Of a stretch of DNA of 64,000 nt, positions 1-10,659 are shown piece after piece (within the stretch, counting starts at the first letter, position 1; each line of letters begins with the position of its first letter). Origin of the DNA: an uncultured Gemmatimonadales bacterium (GTDB lineage: Bacteria; Gemmatimonadota; Gemmatimonadetes; Gemmatimonadales; GWC2-71-9); contig CAWJIM010000006.1 of NCBI GenBank assembly GCA_963842945.1, forward strand, positions 64,001-128,000, read 5' to 3'. Both the position numbers and the translations under genes were made by a program. Below the pieces are notes generated by a model. The model saw only the letters and a list, made by a program, of their open reading frames with translations, ran no database searches and was not told where the DNA came from.

Positions 1-96
1 AGCTTTCAGCGGTTTTTCCCCAACTGGGAGTCATTCGCGTCCCAGATCGACCCCAAGTTCTCCTCCTCGTTCTGGCGCCGTGTCAGTGCGGCATGA
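1..96 (+). CDS. 3' end of FAD-binding oxidoreductase (DprE1-like), partial
   Basis: Frame 1 reads SFQRFFPNWESFASQIDPKFSSSFWRRVSAA*. This resembles the C-terminus of DprE1-like oxidases and overlaps a DprE2-like SDR. Confidence 0.6.
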   Translation, partial: SFQRFFPNWESFASQIDPKFSSSFWRRVSAA

Positions 97-838
97 CGCG
101 CCCGCCAGGGTGCTCATCGTGGGCGCGACGTCGGCCATCGCGGGTGAAACGGCAAAGGAATTCGCCAAAAACGGAGCCCATCTGTTCCTGACCGGTCGGA
201 ATTCCGACCGCCTGGCCGCGGTGGCAGACGATCTCCGAGTCCGGGGAGCGGCTCGGGTCGAGACAGCTATCCTGGATGTCGCCGATCTTACCACCCAAGG
301 CCTCATGATCGAATCGGCCTTCGCCACCCTTGGGGGGATTGACGTGGCACTGGTGGCGCATGGGACTCTTCCGAATCAGGAGCGTTGCCAGGAGCAGGTA
401 GAGGAGACAGTGAAAGCGCTGCACGTCAATTTCACGGGGACCATCGCTCTGCTTACGCTGCTCGCAAATCGGCTACAATCCCAGCGGCACGGCTGCCTTG
501 CCGTCATCGGTTCCGTGGCCGGCAGCCGGGGCAGGCGGACGAACTATGTCTATGGTGCAGCCAAGGGAGGAGTCGAGATCTTCCTTCAGGGTCTCCGCGG
601 CCGTTTGTTCCAGTACAACGTGACTGTCCTGACGGTCAAACCGGGGTTCGTTGATACCCCGATGACCGCGGGACTAAAAAAGAATTTGCTCTTTGCCGAT
701 GCCGGACGCATTGGGCGCGGTATCCACCGTGCAATCGTGCGGCGCAAGGACGTCGTCTACCTACCCTGGTTCTGGCGTCCGATCATGGGCGTGCTCACCA
801 GCCTACCGGAGAGGGTGCTTAAACGGCTTCCCCTCTAG
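80..838 (+). CDS. SDR family oxidoreductase (DprE2-like)
   Basis: VLIVGATSAIA Rossmann motif, YxxxK (YGAAK), KPGFVDTPMT. Confidence 0.85.
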   Translation: MSVRHDAPARVLIVGATSAIAGETAKEFAKNGAHLFLTGRNSDRLAAVADDLRVRGAARVETAILDVADLTTQGLMIESAFATLGGIDVALVAHGTLPNQERCQEQVEETVKALHVNFTGTIALLTLLANRLQSQRHGCLAVIGSVAGSRGRRTNYVYGAAKGGVEIFLQGLRGRLFQYNVTVLTVKPGFVDTPMTAGLKKNLLFADAGRIGRGIHRAIVRRKDVVYLPWFWRPIMGVLTSLPERVLKRLPL

Positions 839-884
839 GATTTCGCATGCGAGCCTGTCTGTCCTCGTGAACCTGTCGCCCCGC

Positions 885-1662
885 TCACCAGCGCACAGAT
901 AGACAGCTCAGGCCCCCATCCATTTTCCGGTACTCCGACATATCGATCGCCAGGAGGTCGTAGCCCAGATCGCCCAGCCGAGCCGCGGTCTTCGGAAACC
1001 CTTTTGCGATCAGGACTGTGTCGTTCACCCGGATGCAGTTGGCCGCGTACTCCTCGCCTTGCGGCACCTCCACCACCTCCCACCCCCGAAACGCCTCGTG
1101 TCCAGCGATTCCGCGCCACGCCAGCAGCCGGCGACCGCCCAGCCAGGAGATCCCGGTCTTGTGGTGCAGCATCCCTGAAATCTCCCGGATATCGATCAGA
1201 CTCGACCCGAAGCCGCGCTGCTCGAGCCACCCCGCCAGTTGAGCGGCCCCCTCTTCGTTGGTGCGGTGCGATACGCCGATGAAGAAGTGGTCGCCCGCCT
1301 CGCAGACATCGCCGCCGTCGAGTGTGCCCGGCGGAGGTAATCCGGTCCAGCTGGGGAAACCACCGGCCCAGCGCCTCGCCCAGCGCCGTGCACCTCTCCT
1401 GCTCGAGCTGGGAGCACCGGGACGGGTCAGGATCGCGCCCTCGGGCGGTGACGATGGCGGCATCCTCGACGAAGGTGGAATCGGGGAACTCGGGGTCGGC
1501 CGGCAGCCGGGTGAGCGAGAGGCCCAGGCGCTCGAGGGTCCGGCAGTAGCTCTCGTGCTGCTGCAGCGCGAGCGACAGATCGGGAGGGCCGAGCCCGGCT
1601 GACGTGATTCCCTGGACGAACGTTGTTGCAGGGGGACGGACGATGGCGTGGGTGAAGTGCAT
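885..1662 (-). CDS. ddaH: Dimethylarginine dimethylaminohydrolase / amidinotransferase family (frameshifted)
   Basis: MHFTHAIVRPP...FPDSTFVEDAAIV in one frame; GTLDGGDV, RTNEEG, YAANC and KMDGGLSCLS in another. Frame shifts at about 1340-1440. Confidence 0.8.
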
Positions 1663-3060
1663 GGTCTGGTCTAGGTCTGGAGGCCAGGGTCTAAAGTCTA
1701 GCGACTGGGGTCTGGCGCTCTGGCGTCTGGCAACTGCAATGCGGTACACCGGGTAACTCAGGGCCAGCAGCACCATGGATTTCCAGCTATGACTCCAGTC
1801 AGTGACCACCGATCCCGCCAGGAATGCCAGCGAGCCAACGAGCGCGAGACCGGTGGTGAACGGGAACCCCGGCACCCGGAACGGTCTGGGCGTGTCGGGC
1901 TCCTTCCGCCTGAGGGTGAACACACTGATGAACGACAGGGTGTAGTTGACCACAAAGAAGAAAGCGCAGAGGGCGAGCACCGACTCGACGGTACCGCTGA
2001 CGATCAGTCCGGCCGCCACCCCGATGCTGGTCCAGTGGGCCACGCGTCGGAGTGCCGCCCGGGTTCACCGTCTCCAGCGCGGAGGGAAGCAGCCGGTCCC
2101 GGCTCATGGCCAGCAGGACCCTGGGCGCCATCAGGGCACAGGCATTCATGCCGCTCAGGATTGAGACCAGCACGATCAAGCGGATCACCAGGTCGCCGCG
2201 TTCGCCGAAAAGCGCCTTGCCCGCACTGGCGGCCACGAAGGGATCGCCTGCCATCCGGCCCACGCCGAGCACGCGCACGAAGGCGACGTTGACCATGACG
2301 TAGATCAGAATGACCAGCAGCACTCCCAGTCACCATGGACCGCGGGTATGTCGCGGCCCGGATTCTTGGTCTCCTCACCGAAGTAGAGCGGGCCGGTCCA
2401 GCCGTCATAGGTGTAGATCACCGCCTGTAGCGCCAGCAGGATCGCAGTGACCAGGGCGAAGCCCGAGGGCAGCGTTGCCGCCGAGCCGGCGCTTCCGCCC
2501 GGCACGGGGACCAGGAGGCAGACCGTAATCAGGCTCCCGAATGCCAGCGCCTTGGCCGCACTCAGGATCTGCTGGGAGAGGTCGCCGATCCGGATTCCGC
2601 GCCAGAGCAGCAGTCCGAAGAGCAGCACAAGTCCTACGCCGGCCGGCACTCTTCGCCCCGCTAAAGCCGGAACCAGAGACTCGAGATACTCCATGAAGAC
2701 CATGCCGCCGAGCGCGACCGGTCCGCAGGTGGAGATCCAATCACTCCAGCCCACCACGAACGCCGGATACACGCCCAGTCCTCGACGGACGATCACGTAC
2801 TGGCCGGCGGATCGGGCGAACATCGCACCGGGTTCGGCCAGGGAGACGGCCCCGATCAGGGCATACAGGCCGCCGATGGTCCAGACCCCGATGATGAGCG
2901 CGGGATGGGGCAGCCGTGCGGCCACATCGCCGGGCGTCCGCAGAATCCCTATCAGAATGGTATTGCCGACCAGCACCGCGATGCCGAAGGAGACGCCGAG
3001 GACCTGGCGCAGCCTGCCTGTTCCGGTGGCGCGTTCCGGGCGAATGACGGTATCGGTCAG
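1663..3060 (-). CDS. APC family amino acid permease (frameshifted; start and stop uncertain)
   Basis: Three consecutive ORF segments: GNTILIGILRTPG, YTYDGW, PRVLLAMSRD, RPFRVPGFP. No stop before the ddaH start; possible CTG start at 3060. Confidence 0.8.
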
Positions 3061-3137
3061 CTGGAATTCCTGCGAGGGGTGGCCTCTAGGCTACAGGCCC
3101 AGAGGCGAGAGTGCCAGTGGTCGAGATTGCTTCGGCT

Positions 3138-3365
3138 TCAGCGAGCTGCCAGCGTATCTCGATCGGCTGCATCGATGGCAATGCTGTCGAGCTGGGAGCC
3201 GGCCGCGTCCCCATAGGCCCGGTAACCCTTTTCCTCGCCCGACGAGATCCAGGAGTCCTGCACCGCGATACGCTGCTCCCCTATCCGGTGCGCCAGGTAG
3301 GTCAGACCCGCCCCGGCCAGCAATACCGCAACTACAAACGAGAGCACCACGCTCAGTATCCGCAT
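3138..3365 (-). CDS. Small hypothetical protein with N-terminal membrane anchor
   Basis: GGAGG RBS before MRILSVVLSFVVAVLLAGAGLTYL. Confidence 0.5.
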   Translation of the reverse strand: MRILSVVLSFVVAVLLAGAGLTYLAHRIGEQRIAVQDSWISSGEEKGYRAYGDAAGSQLDSIAIDAADRDTLAAR

Positions 3366-3574
3366 TGGCTTAGCCTCCAAATCGTTGGGGGCAGGATAAG
3401 CGAGGGGAGTCAAGCACCAGTCAAGCCGCAACAAACTCGCCTCCAAGCCACTCCCGGTCAGCGACTTGGATCACAGGTGACCGGGCCAAGCCCGAAGCGG
3501 TGACCTCGACCACAACGCCCGCCGGTCCTTTAGTCCATACTGTGATCAAAGATTTACTCAGCGCTGGAGGCGCG

Positions 3575-4243
3575 ATGGCCATTCGAGCGACGCTGCTTGA
3601 GACGAGAGTTCAGGGGCTGCTGCTCCTCGGAGCCGCAGCCGGACTGATCTCGGCCTCAGCCGCCCCGCTCGCAGCCCAGCAAATCGAAGTTCGACCCATC
3701 GCCAGATTCTCCCTCCCAACCAAGTTCTCGCTCCGCGACGGCACCCTTCAGGTGAGCCAGCGGGTGGGTTTCCGTTTCGGCGCCCAGATGACGCTCGCCT
3801 TCAACCAGCGCTTCGACGTGACCAACGCGGTCACGTACAGTCCCGGTTATGCCACGGTGAGCGGCTCGACCAAACGGGTCCAGGTCAGCTCCGGGGCACA
3901 GTCGGTCGCCGGGGTCACGGCGGCGCGATACTGGATCCGGCCGCCGGATCTTCCGCTCTCCTGGGAGGTGCACACCGGGCTGGGTCTGGTCTTCGGCGGG
4001 CAGCCGTCCTACCTGGATCTGCTCGACGGGTCCACCATGACGGCCGCGGTCGGCACCCGTGTTCGGTACCAGTTCCGCCAGCTCGTGAGCTTCTCCCTCC
4101 GGGTGGAGCAGCGCCTCCTGCGCCTCCAGTTCGGCGACCAGCTGGGCGGCAGCTCACGGCCGTTCCGAGTCGCGTTCGGCGTGGGGCTGCCCTTCCTGGA
4201 AAAGATTTCAATTCGAGAGTTGATCAGTAGTCTGCCGTTCTAG
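3575..4243 (+). CDS. Hypothetical secreted protein, probable outer-membrane beta-barrel
   Basis: GGAGG RBS, signal peptide ending LAA-QQ, alternating beta-strand pattern. Confidence 0.55.
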   Translation: MAIRATLLETRVQGLLLLGAAAGLISASAAPLAAQQIEVRPIARFSLPTKFSLRDGTLQVSQRVGFRFGAQMTLAFNQRFDVTNAVTYSPGYATVSGSTKRVQVSSGAQSVAGVTAARYWIRPPDLPLSWEVHTGLGLVFGGQPSYLDLLDGSTMTAAVGTRVRYQFRQLVSFSLRVEQRLLRLQFGDQLGGSSRPFRVAFGVGLPFLEKISIRELISSLPF

Positions 4244-6328
4244 CGGGGGAAGGCTTCGGGTAGTCCTCCGTCCACGGTGAGGATGTCTCCGGTAGTGAAC
4301 CGGAACCGATTGCTGGCGAGCAGTACGGCCAGATCCGCCACCGCTTCCGGGGGAATCAGCGTGGCTCCCATGAGGTTTCGGCTCCGATATGCCTCCAGCT
4401 GCTGCTCGACGGAAACGCCGCGGCTGGCGGCGCGCTCCCGCACGAACTGCATGAACAGCGGAGTCTCGACCTGGTCTGCGTTGATGGCGTTCACCCGGAT
4501 GTTGTGCGGCCCCAGCTCGACCGCCGCGACCCGGAGGGCCTGGAGCAGCGCGGCCTTGCTCCCGGCATACGCCACTGCGTCTCGGCCCGGCACCAATGCG
4601 GCCTTGGAGACCGACGCGACGATCGAGCCACCCAACTCCTGGCGCTGCATGATGGCCGCCGCCCGGCCGATCGCCCGGACAGCGCCCAGGTAGTGCACCT
4701 CGAGCTGCCGCTGGAGATCGTCCCGGGTTATTTCGGTGACTGGAGCGAAACGCGGCGGCAGGCCGGCGGTGTAGAACAGGCAGTCGAGGCCACCGAACTC
4801 CAGCACCGTCCTTCGGAACAGCGCGTCGAGACTGGCGTCGTCCCGCACGTCGGTAGGCACCGCTATGGCGCGCGCGGGAAATTTTCGCCCGACCTCATCC
4901 GCGACCCGGTCGCACTGCTCGCCATCCAGATCGGCTACCACCACGTGGGCGCCCTCTTCGGCAAAGCGTTCCGCTGCCGCTTTCCCGATCCCGCTGCCGC
5001 CACCGATGATCACGACGATGTGCCGAGCAAGGAGTTTGGTGGCGCGGTCTCTCGCGATCTGCTCCTCGATCTTGCGGCGCTCCAGCGGCCAGTGCTCGAA
5101 CTCGAACACGTCCGCTTCGGGAATAAACTCGAAGCGATCGATCGCCTCGGCATTCTCGATGCTCTCGAGCACCGCGCGATAGCAGACGTTCGCGGTGACC
5201 GCGCCGCGCTTGTCGGCGAAGGCGGTAACCATGCCGAGGCCGGGGAGGAGGATGACCTTGGCCCAGTCGTCGAGCGGGGATTCGCCGCTTTTGGCGTGTC
5301 TGCGGTGATAGGCCTCGTACTCGGTGCGGGCGGTGGAGAGCGCGGCGCGGATGGTGGCAGGGATTCTTCGCTTCGCTCAGGAGGACAGGAGGGGCTCAGG
5401 ATGACGGGCAAACGCCCGGCACGGAGCAGGTGCTCGGGGGTGGCCATGCCGCGGCGGACCAGCTCAGGGATCTCCTCGCCATCCAGCGCCAGCACCAGCT
5501 CATCCGAATCGTCGAAATGGAGAATGACGCGCTCGTTCCGGCCGAGTGCGCCGCGAATGACGGGGAGCACGAGCTCGGCGAGCTGATGCCGCTCGGCCGG
5601 CGGCGGAACCGGGCGCAGAGAGGCCAGGTCCGAGGGGCGGTCGGCTCGCCTGATGGCGATGAGCTCGTCCATTTTGCCGGTGATCTCGACCAGGCGGTCG
5701 TAGCATTCGGGGGCGTCCTTACCCCATACGACCAACCCGTGATGTGCCAAGGCGAAGGCGATCGCCTGTTCGGGATCCCTCAGCCCTCCGCCCTCCGCCC
5801 TCCGCAATGAGCTGGGCAACTGCCCGGGCCAGCGGAAATCCGGGACGCACGTACGGCACATACATCACCCGGCCATCGAACAGCTCATCCAGCAGCCGCT
5901 CGGCCTCGCTGTCCCTGATGTTGGTGAGGCTCATGGTGGGGACATCATGGGTATGGGCGATGACCCGTGTAGGGGAGCAGCGCGTGGAGCGGAGTCTCGA
6001 CGCTGGGCGCGGGACCCTCCTCCATCATGCACTGCGCCATGAACCGCATCATCTCGGCGTCGCTCATCGAGTCCGCGTCGCGTAGCGGGGCCAGACGGGA
6101 GAGAGAGAGCCGAGTGAATCCAGCGCGGTTGATGGTGCGGAGATCGGTGCCGCTCCCCTTTACCAGCAGAGTGTCCCCTTCCTTTACGGAAGTGTTCCCG
6201 CCGCCGGGCTGAACCAGACGGGTGTCGTGACCGATGAGATGGGAGAGATAGACCAGCTGGTCGAGCGGGTCGGGGCCGACTTCAGCCCAGCCCCCCGCCC
6301 GATCGCTTCGGGTGCGGGTCTCAGTCAT
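4240..6328 (-). CDS. Bifunctional class II aldolase / short-chain dehydrogenase (rhamnulose-1-P aldolase/SDR type), frameshifted
   Basis: GGGNTSVK, VKGSGTDL, PSVETPLH, HHG and TPEH in the aldolase part; GGGSGIG, YAGSK and VDGG in the SDR part. Spread over four ORF segments. Confidence 0.85.
5360..5405 (-). repeat. REP-like GTCATCCTGAGC...GAAGCGAAGAATCC element inside a CDS
   Basis: Minus strand reads GTCATCCTGAGC-CCCTCCT-GTCCTCCTGAGCGAAGCGAAGAATCC. Confidence 0.55.
5777..5805. repeat. Tandem heptamer (CCCTCCG)x3 plus CCCTCAG
   Basis: Directly visible in the sequence. Confidence 0.8.
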
Positions 6329-6337
6329 CGATGATGA

Positions 6338-6496
6338 TCAGACGTCGCCGCCCACCCGCCGGAAGAAGCCGACGATAAGCATGATGATGCCGACGATGAT
6401 CAGGAGATGGATCAGGATCCCGGCGACCTTGAACACCATGAAACCGACGACCCAGGCGATCACCAGCAGTATGCCGATGGGAATCAGACCTCTCAC
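6338..6496 (-). CDS. Small membrane protein, lmo0937/DUF5670-like (52 aa; not in ORF track)
   Basis: GAGGAGG RBS and GTG start: MRGLIPIGILLVIAWVVGFMVFKVAGILIHLLIIVGIIMLIVGFFRRVGGDV*. Confidence 0.8.
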   Translation of the reverse strand: MRGLIPIGILLVIAWVVGFMVFKVAGILIHLLIIVGIIMLIVGFFRRVGGDV

Positions 6497-6582
6497 GATG
6501 CCTCCTCTTCAGGGTGGCGACGGATGCTCCGGCCGAATGTGCAGTCCAAATCGGACGTTGGCTACGGGCGCGTGCGCCGACC

Positions 6583-8315
6583 TCACTCCGCAATAGGAAC
6601 CACCGGCAGCACAATGCGCGAGGCCCGATCGGCCGAGTGCCCGATTCGGATCTCCCCGGCTCTGACGCTGTCGCTCTCGAACTCCTGCGCCCCCGTCTGG
6701 GGATTTACGGAGAACAGGGGATAGAACTGCGGAGTGATAACCAGCCGCAGGCGGTGCCCGGGCAGAAATCGATTGGCGGTCACCATCCGGTCCATCCGAA
6801 GTCTTACCGTCTCGCCCGATCTCACCAGCCGCCGCTCGGGCCCGCCTTCCCGGTAGCTTGCTCGTTGCAGCGCCGTGCCGGGAGTCGAGAGATTCCAGGC
6901 CGTGCCATCGGGCGCCACATCGAAGAGCTGGGCCCAGACGTCGAAGTCGGGCACTGTGGCACTCACGGCCAGCTCGATGACCACCTGGCCGATGATCTCG
7001 ACCGCCGTGCTGAACGCCGAAGTCTCGAACACCGCTATGCCAGGGCCGGCCACCAGCGAGCGGTAATCGTGCGCGCCGAACTTTCCATCGAAGGGATCAG
7101 TGACCGGACGGGCGGGATCGGAGCGAATTACTGTTGTCCCGGCGCCGCTCGCAGGCGCACGTCGCATCAGAAGACCCGGCAGACCCTCCGCTGCGGTCTG
7201 GGGGACCCGCCAGGTAGAAGGTGTCCGAATGCACGCCGGCGAGGGGCCAGCGATCTGAAGTTCGCCAGTGGTTCGCACCCATCACGAACACCCGCACCCG
7301 CGGCTGGGTCCTGAGAGAGTCCACTCTCTTGAGGTGCCGGTCCATCCAGCCCAGGACCGTCGCCCCGTAATCCAGCGCCGCCGATGGTCCGAAGTCACGG
7401 TCGCCGGCCTTGCTCCGCTGGACCGATGCTACGCCATGGGTCCAGGGGCCGAGCACCAGGGCGTCGCCGGCGCCCAGAAAATTTTCTACCGCGCCGGCCG
7501 GGCCGTACATCTCGTCAAACCAGCCCGAGAGGTTGAGCACCGGCGCATCCACCCGGGCGTAGCGCCCGCCCAGCCGGGCAAAGCTCCAGTACGAGTCGCC
7601 GGGCGGATGGCGCATCCACTCGAAGTACCAGGGCGTGACCCCCTCGAGCTGGGGCAACTCGAGCATAGGCCGGTATCGGCGAGCGGCGGCTCCCTCCTTG
7701 TCCCAGCTCCGGGCGGCCTCCTCATCGGTCCTGGGTCCCGCGACGCCGAGCCGGCGCCGGAGGTCGGGGGCGATGTTGAGCCAGGTCCAGTCGAGCCAGG
7801 ATCCATCCCACACTCCGCCCGAGTACCAGAAGCTCTCCGGGCTGGAGAAGGTCATGGCCGGGACCATCGCCTTGAGGGATGGCGGGTGTTCGACGGCGGC
7901 GAGCCACTGCACCGCGCCGGGGTAGGAGAGCCCGAAGGTACCGACCGATCCGTTGGACCAGGGCTGACGCGCAACCCACTCGATGGTGTCGTACCCGTCC
8001 CGGCCCTCCTGCTGGTAGGGCTCGAAAACACCACCAGAGCCGTAGCGGCCCCGGACGTCCTGCAGCACCACTGCGTAGCCCCGGCGCACGGCCGCGAGCA
8101 CCAGCGGGTCAGGAGGAGCTTCGACCCGGCTGTACGGGGTTCGGTAGACCAGGACCGGGAACCGTCCGTCGCTGGGGGGCCGGTAGAGATCGGCTCGGAG
8201 CACGACGCCGTCTCGCATGGGGATGGCCACTCCGGTGTCGACCCGGGCGGGTGACTGGCCGGCAAGCCGGGAGGCGGCCAGAAGAAGGGCAAAGAGAGAC
8301 GACGATGCGCTTCAT
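6583..8315 (-). CDS. CocE/NonD family hydrolase (peptidase S15), frameshifted
   Basis: IPMRDGVVLRADLYRP, RTPY, DVRGRYGS, GLSYPG nucleophile, GPWTH and a PepX-like C-terminal domain. Signal peptide MKRIVVSL. Confidence 0.85.
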
Positions 8316-8333
8316 GATGCGCGACCTGCCGGA

Positions 8334-9983
8334 CTACACCACCTTACCGATATGGGCGTGGACGAAGCTGACGGCCATTGCCCCTTCGCCGACGGCTGAG
8401 GCGACGCGCTTGATCGAACCGCTGCGCACGTCGCCCGCGGCAAACACGCCGGGCAGGCTGGTCTCCAGGAGAAAGGGTGACCGGCCGGCCGCGCGCCACC
8501 GGTCGTTCGCCACGATGCTCCGGGGAAGCCCGTCGCCGGTGACGACGAATCCCTTGTTGTCCAGCTCCACGCAGTCGCGCAGCCACTCGGTGTTGGCGTC
8601 GGCGCCGATGAAGAGAAACAGCGAGCTGGTGTCGAACCGGAACTCTCGTCCATCGGGCCGCTGGGCACACACCGCGTCCAGTCGCCCGTTGCCTTCCAGC
8701 TTGGTCACCCGAGTTTCCAGGTAGGTCTCGACATTCTCCAGCCCGCCCACTCGGTCGATCAGATAGCGCGACATGCTGGCGTTCAGGTCCTTGCCTCGCA
8801 CCAGGTGATGCACCCGCCGGGCATACTTCGCGAGGAAGACGAGGGCCTGCCCGGCGGAATTGCCCGCGCCCACCACGACCACCTCCTCGCCACCGCACAG
8901 CTTGGCCTCCATCGGCGTCGCCGCGTAGTAGATGCCCGCTCCTTCGAATTCGCCGAATCCGGGCACGGCGAGCTTTCGGTATTCCACGCCGCTCGCGATC
9001 AGCACGCACCGGCTCTGGAGCCGAATCCCGTTCTCCAGCTTCACCTTTCGGTCGCCACCGTCGAGGCCCAGGGACTCCACCGGGGACGCAATGGTGATCT
9101 GGGCACCGAACCGTTGGGCCTGCATCATCGCATTGTCGGTGAGCTCGGCGCCCGAGATTCCCGAGGGAAAACCGAGATAGTTGTCGATCCGGGAGCTGGT
9201 GCCGGCCTGCCCCCCGGCGGCCAGCGAGTCCAGCGTCAGCACATCGAGCCCCTCCGACGCGGCGTAGACCGAGGCCGCCAGACCGGCCGGTCCGGCACCG
9301 ACGATCACGAGATCATAGACGTGACCCGGCTCCAGCTCGGCCGTGAGCCCGGCGCAGCCGGCGAACTGTTCGTTGCTGGGATTGCGGTGAAAGCGGCCCT
9401 GCTGTCCCACCACTATCGGTGTGTCCGCTGGGGGCACGCCCAACTCCCGCAGCAGCACCTCAGCCTCGGGATCGGTCTCCACATCCATGAAGCGATAGGG
9501 AATCCCGTTACGCTGGGCGAAGTCACGGAGACGGTGGGCGTCGGAGGAAAAGCGGGAGCCAACAATCCTGACCCCCTCGAACCCGTCCGCCCGGATCAGC
9601 TCCCGGCGCCGCAGAAAGGCCTTGATGATGGTATCGCCCAGCTCGGGCAACTCGTCCGCCGCCCGGCGGAGATCTGCCGAGCTCAGCTCGACCAAGCTGC
9701 CATCCTCTATGGCCCGTCCGGTGACCAACACGGAGCGACCGCTGAGCACGTCGATATCGCCGGTGAACTGGCCCGGGCGATGCACCGTGATTTGCCGGGG
9801 TGTACCCCGGGAGTTCTCCACGATCTCCACTGCTCCGTCCAGTACGAGGAAGAAGGCGCGGTTCCGATCGCCCTCGGAGAACAGGGTGTCGCCGGCGTGC
9901 ATCTCACGCGGCTTGCCGCGCGCTGTGAGTGCAGCGATGTCAGTGGGGCTGAGAACGGGAAAGGCTACATCAAGGTCGGCCAT
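8334..9983 (-). CDS. cNMP-binding domain / FAD-dependent thioredoxin reductase-like protein
   Basis: N-terminal cNMP fold (LFSEGD...PGQFTGD), GAGPAG, IDNYLGFP, GAGNSAGQ, FAAGDVRSGS. Confidence 0.88.
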   Translation of the reverse strand: MADLDVAFPVLSPTDIAALTARGKPREMHAGDTLFSEGDRNRAFFLVLDGAVEIVENSRGTPRQITVHRPGQFTGDIDVLSGRSVLVTGRAIEDGSLVELSSADLRRAADELPELGDTIIKAFLRRRELIRADGFEGVRIVGSRFSSDAHRLRDFAQRNGIPYRFMDVETDPEAEVLLRELGVPPADTPIVVGQQGRFHRNPSNEQFAGCAGLTAELEPGHVYDLVIVGAGPAGLAASVYAASEGLDVLTLDSLAAGGQAGTSSRIDNYLGFPSGISGAELTDNAMMQAQRFGAQITIASPVESLGLDGGDRKVKLENGIRLQSRCVLIASGVEYRKLAVPGFGEFEGAGIYYAATPMEAKLCGGEEVVVVGAGNSAGQALVFLAKYARRVHHLVRGKDLNASMSRYLIDRVGGLENVETYLETRVTKLEGNGRLDAVCAQRPDGREFRFDTSSLFLFIGADANTEWLRDCVELDNKGFVVTGDGLPRSIVANDRWRAAGRSPFLLETSLPGVFAAGDVRSGSIKRVASAVGEGAMAVSFVHAHIGKVV

Positions 9984-10043
9984 ACAAAGATTCCCTGAAG
10001 GAGAAGCGCTTCAGGGAATCTAGAGGTAGAATGGATTAACCGC

Positions 10044-10469
10044 TCAGGGATACGCGCCGCCGCCTCCGCCGCCACTGCCGCCGCCCCCGGTCCCACCACT
10101 GCCTCCGGACGAGCCGGTAACGGTGACGGTACCGCTCATGGCGGCGCCGTGAATGGTGCAGAGGTAACTGAAGGTGCCGGCGGCGGCGAAGGTCCGCTGG
10201 AAGGAGCCCGAGCTCTTGTTGCCGGACGTGGTGCCGTCCTGGAAGGTGACGTTGTGCACCACCCCGCCGGAGCTCCAGTTCCAGGTGACCGTGGTATTGA
10301 CCGGTACCGTAAGGGCGGCCGGGCTGAAGCTGAGGGTTCCGCTGGGGCCGACGCTGACAGTCGAGGCGCCACCGCCGTCCGTGGGACTGCTGGGACTGGG
10401 ACTGTCGTCTCCCGAGCACGCCAAGGCAGCAACGCCCGCCACGGCCAGGATTAGACGCAGGTGTCTCAT
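10044..10469 (-). CDS. Plastocyanin/azurin-like cupredoxin lipoprotein
   Basis: Lipobox ALAC; type-1 Cu ligands HNV...CTIHGAAM; Gly-rich tail. Confidence 0.85.
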   Translation of the reverse strand: MRHLRLILAVAGVAALACSGDDSPSPSSPTDGGGASTVSVGPSGTLSFSPAALTVPVNTTVTWNWSSGGVVHNVTFQDGTTSGNKSSGSFQRTFAAAGTFSYLCTIHGAAMSGTVTVTGSSGGSGGTGGGGSGGGGGGAYP

Positions 10470-10659
10470 GGGATCTCCGGTTGAAGAAGGCGCCCACCGG
10501 AAAATTCCCGGCTAAGGAGCGGGGTAGCCGAAGTAGCTCATTGCCAATCGTTTCCTGACGCTAGCCGAGACCTTGACCGAGGTCTTGTAAGCGGATAGCT
10601 CCCTTGTAGGGATCTAGCGCTGTGAGGCTGGGTGCGCCAGAGACGTCAGTAGGGACACT

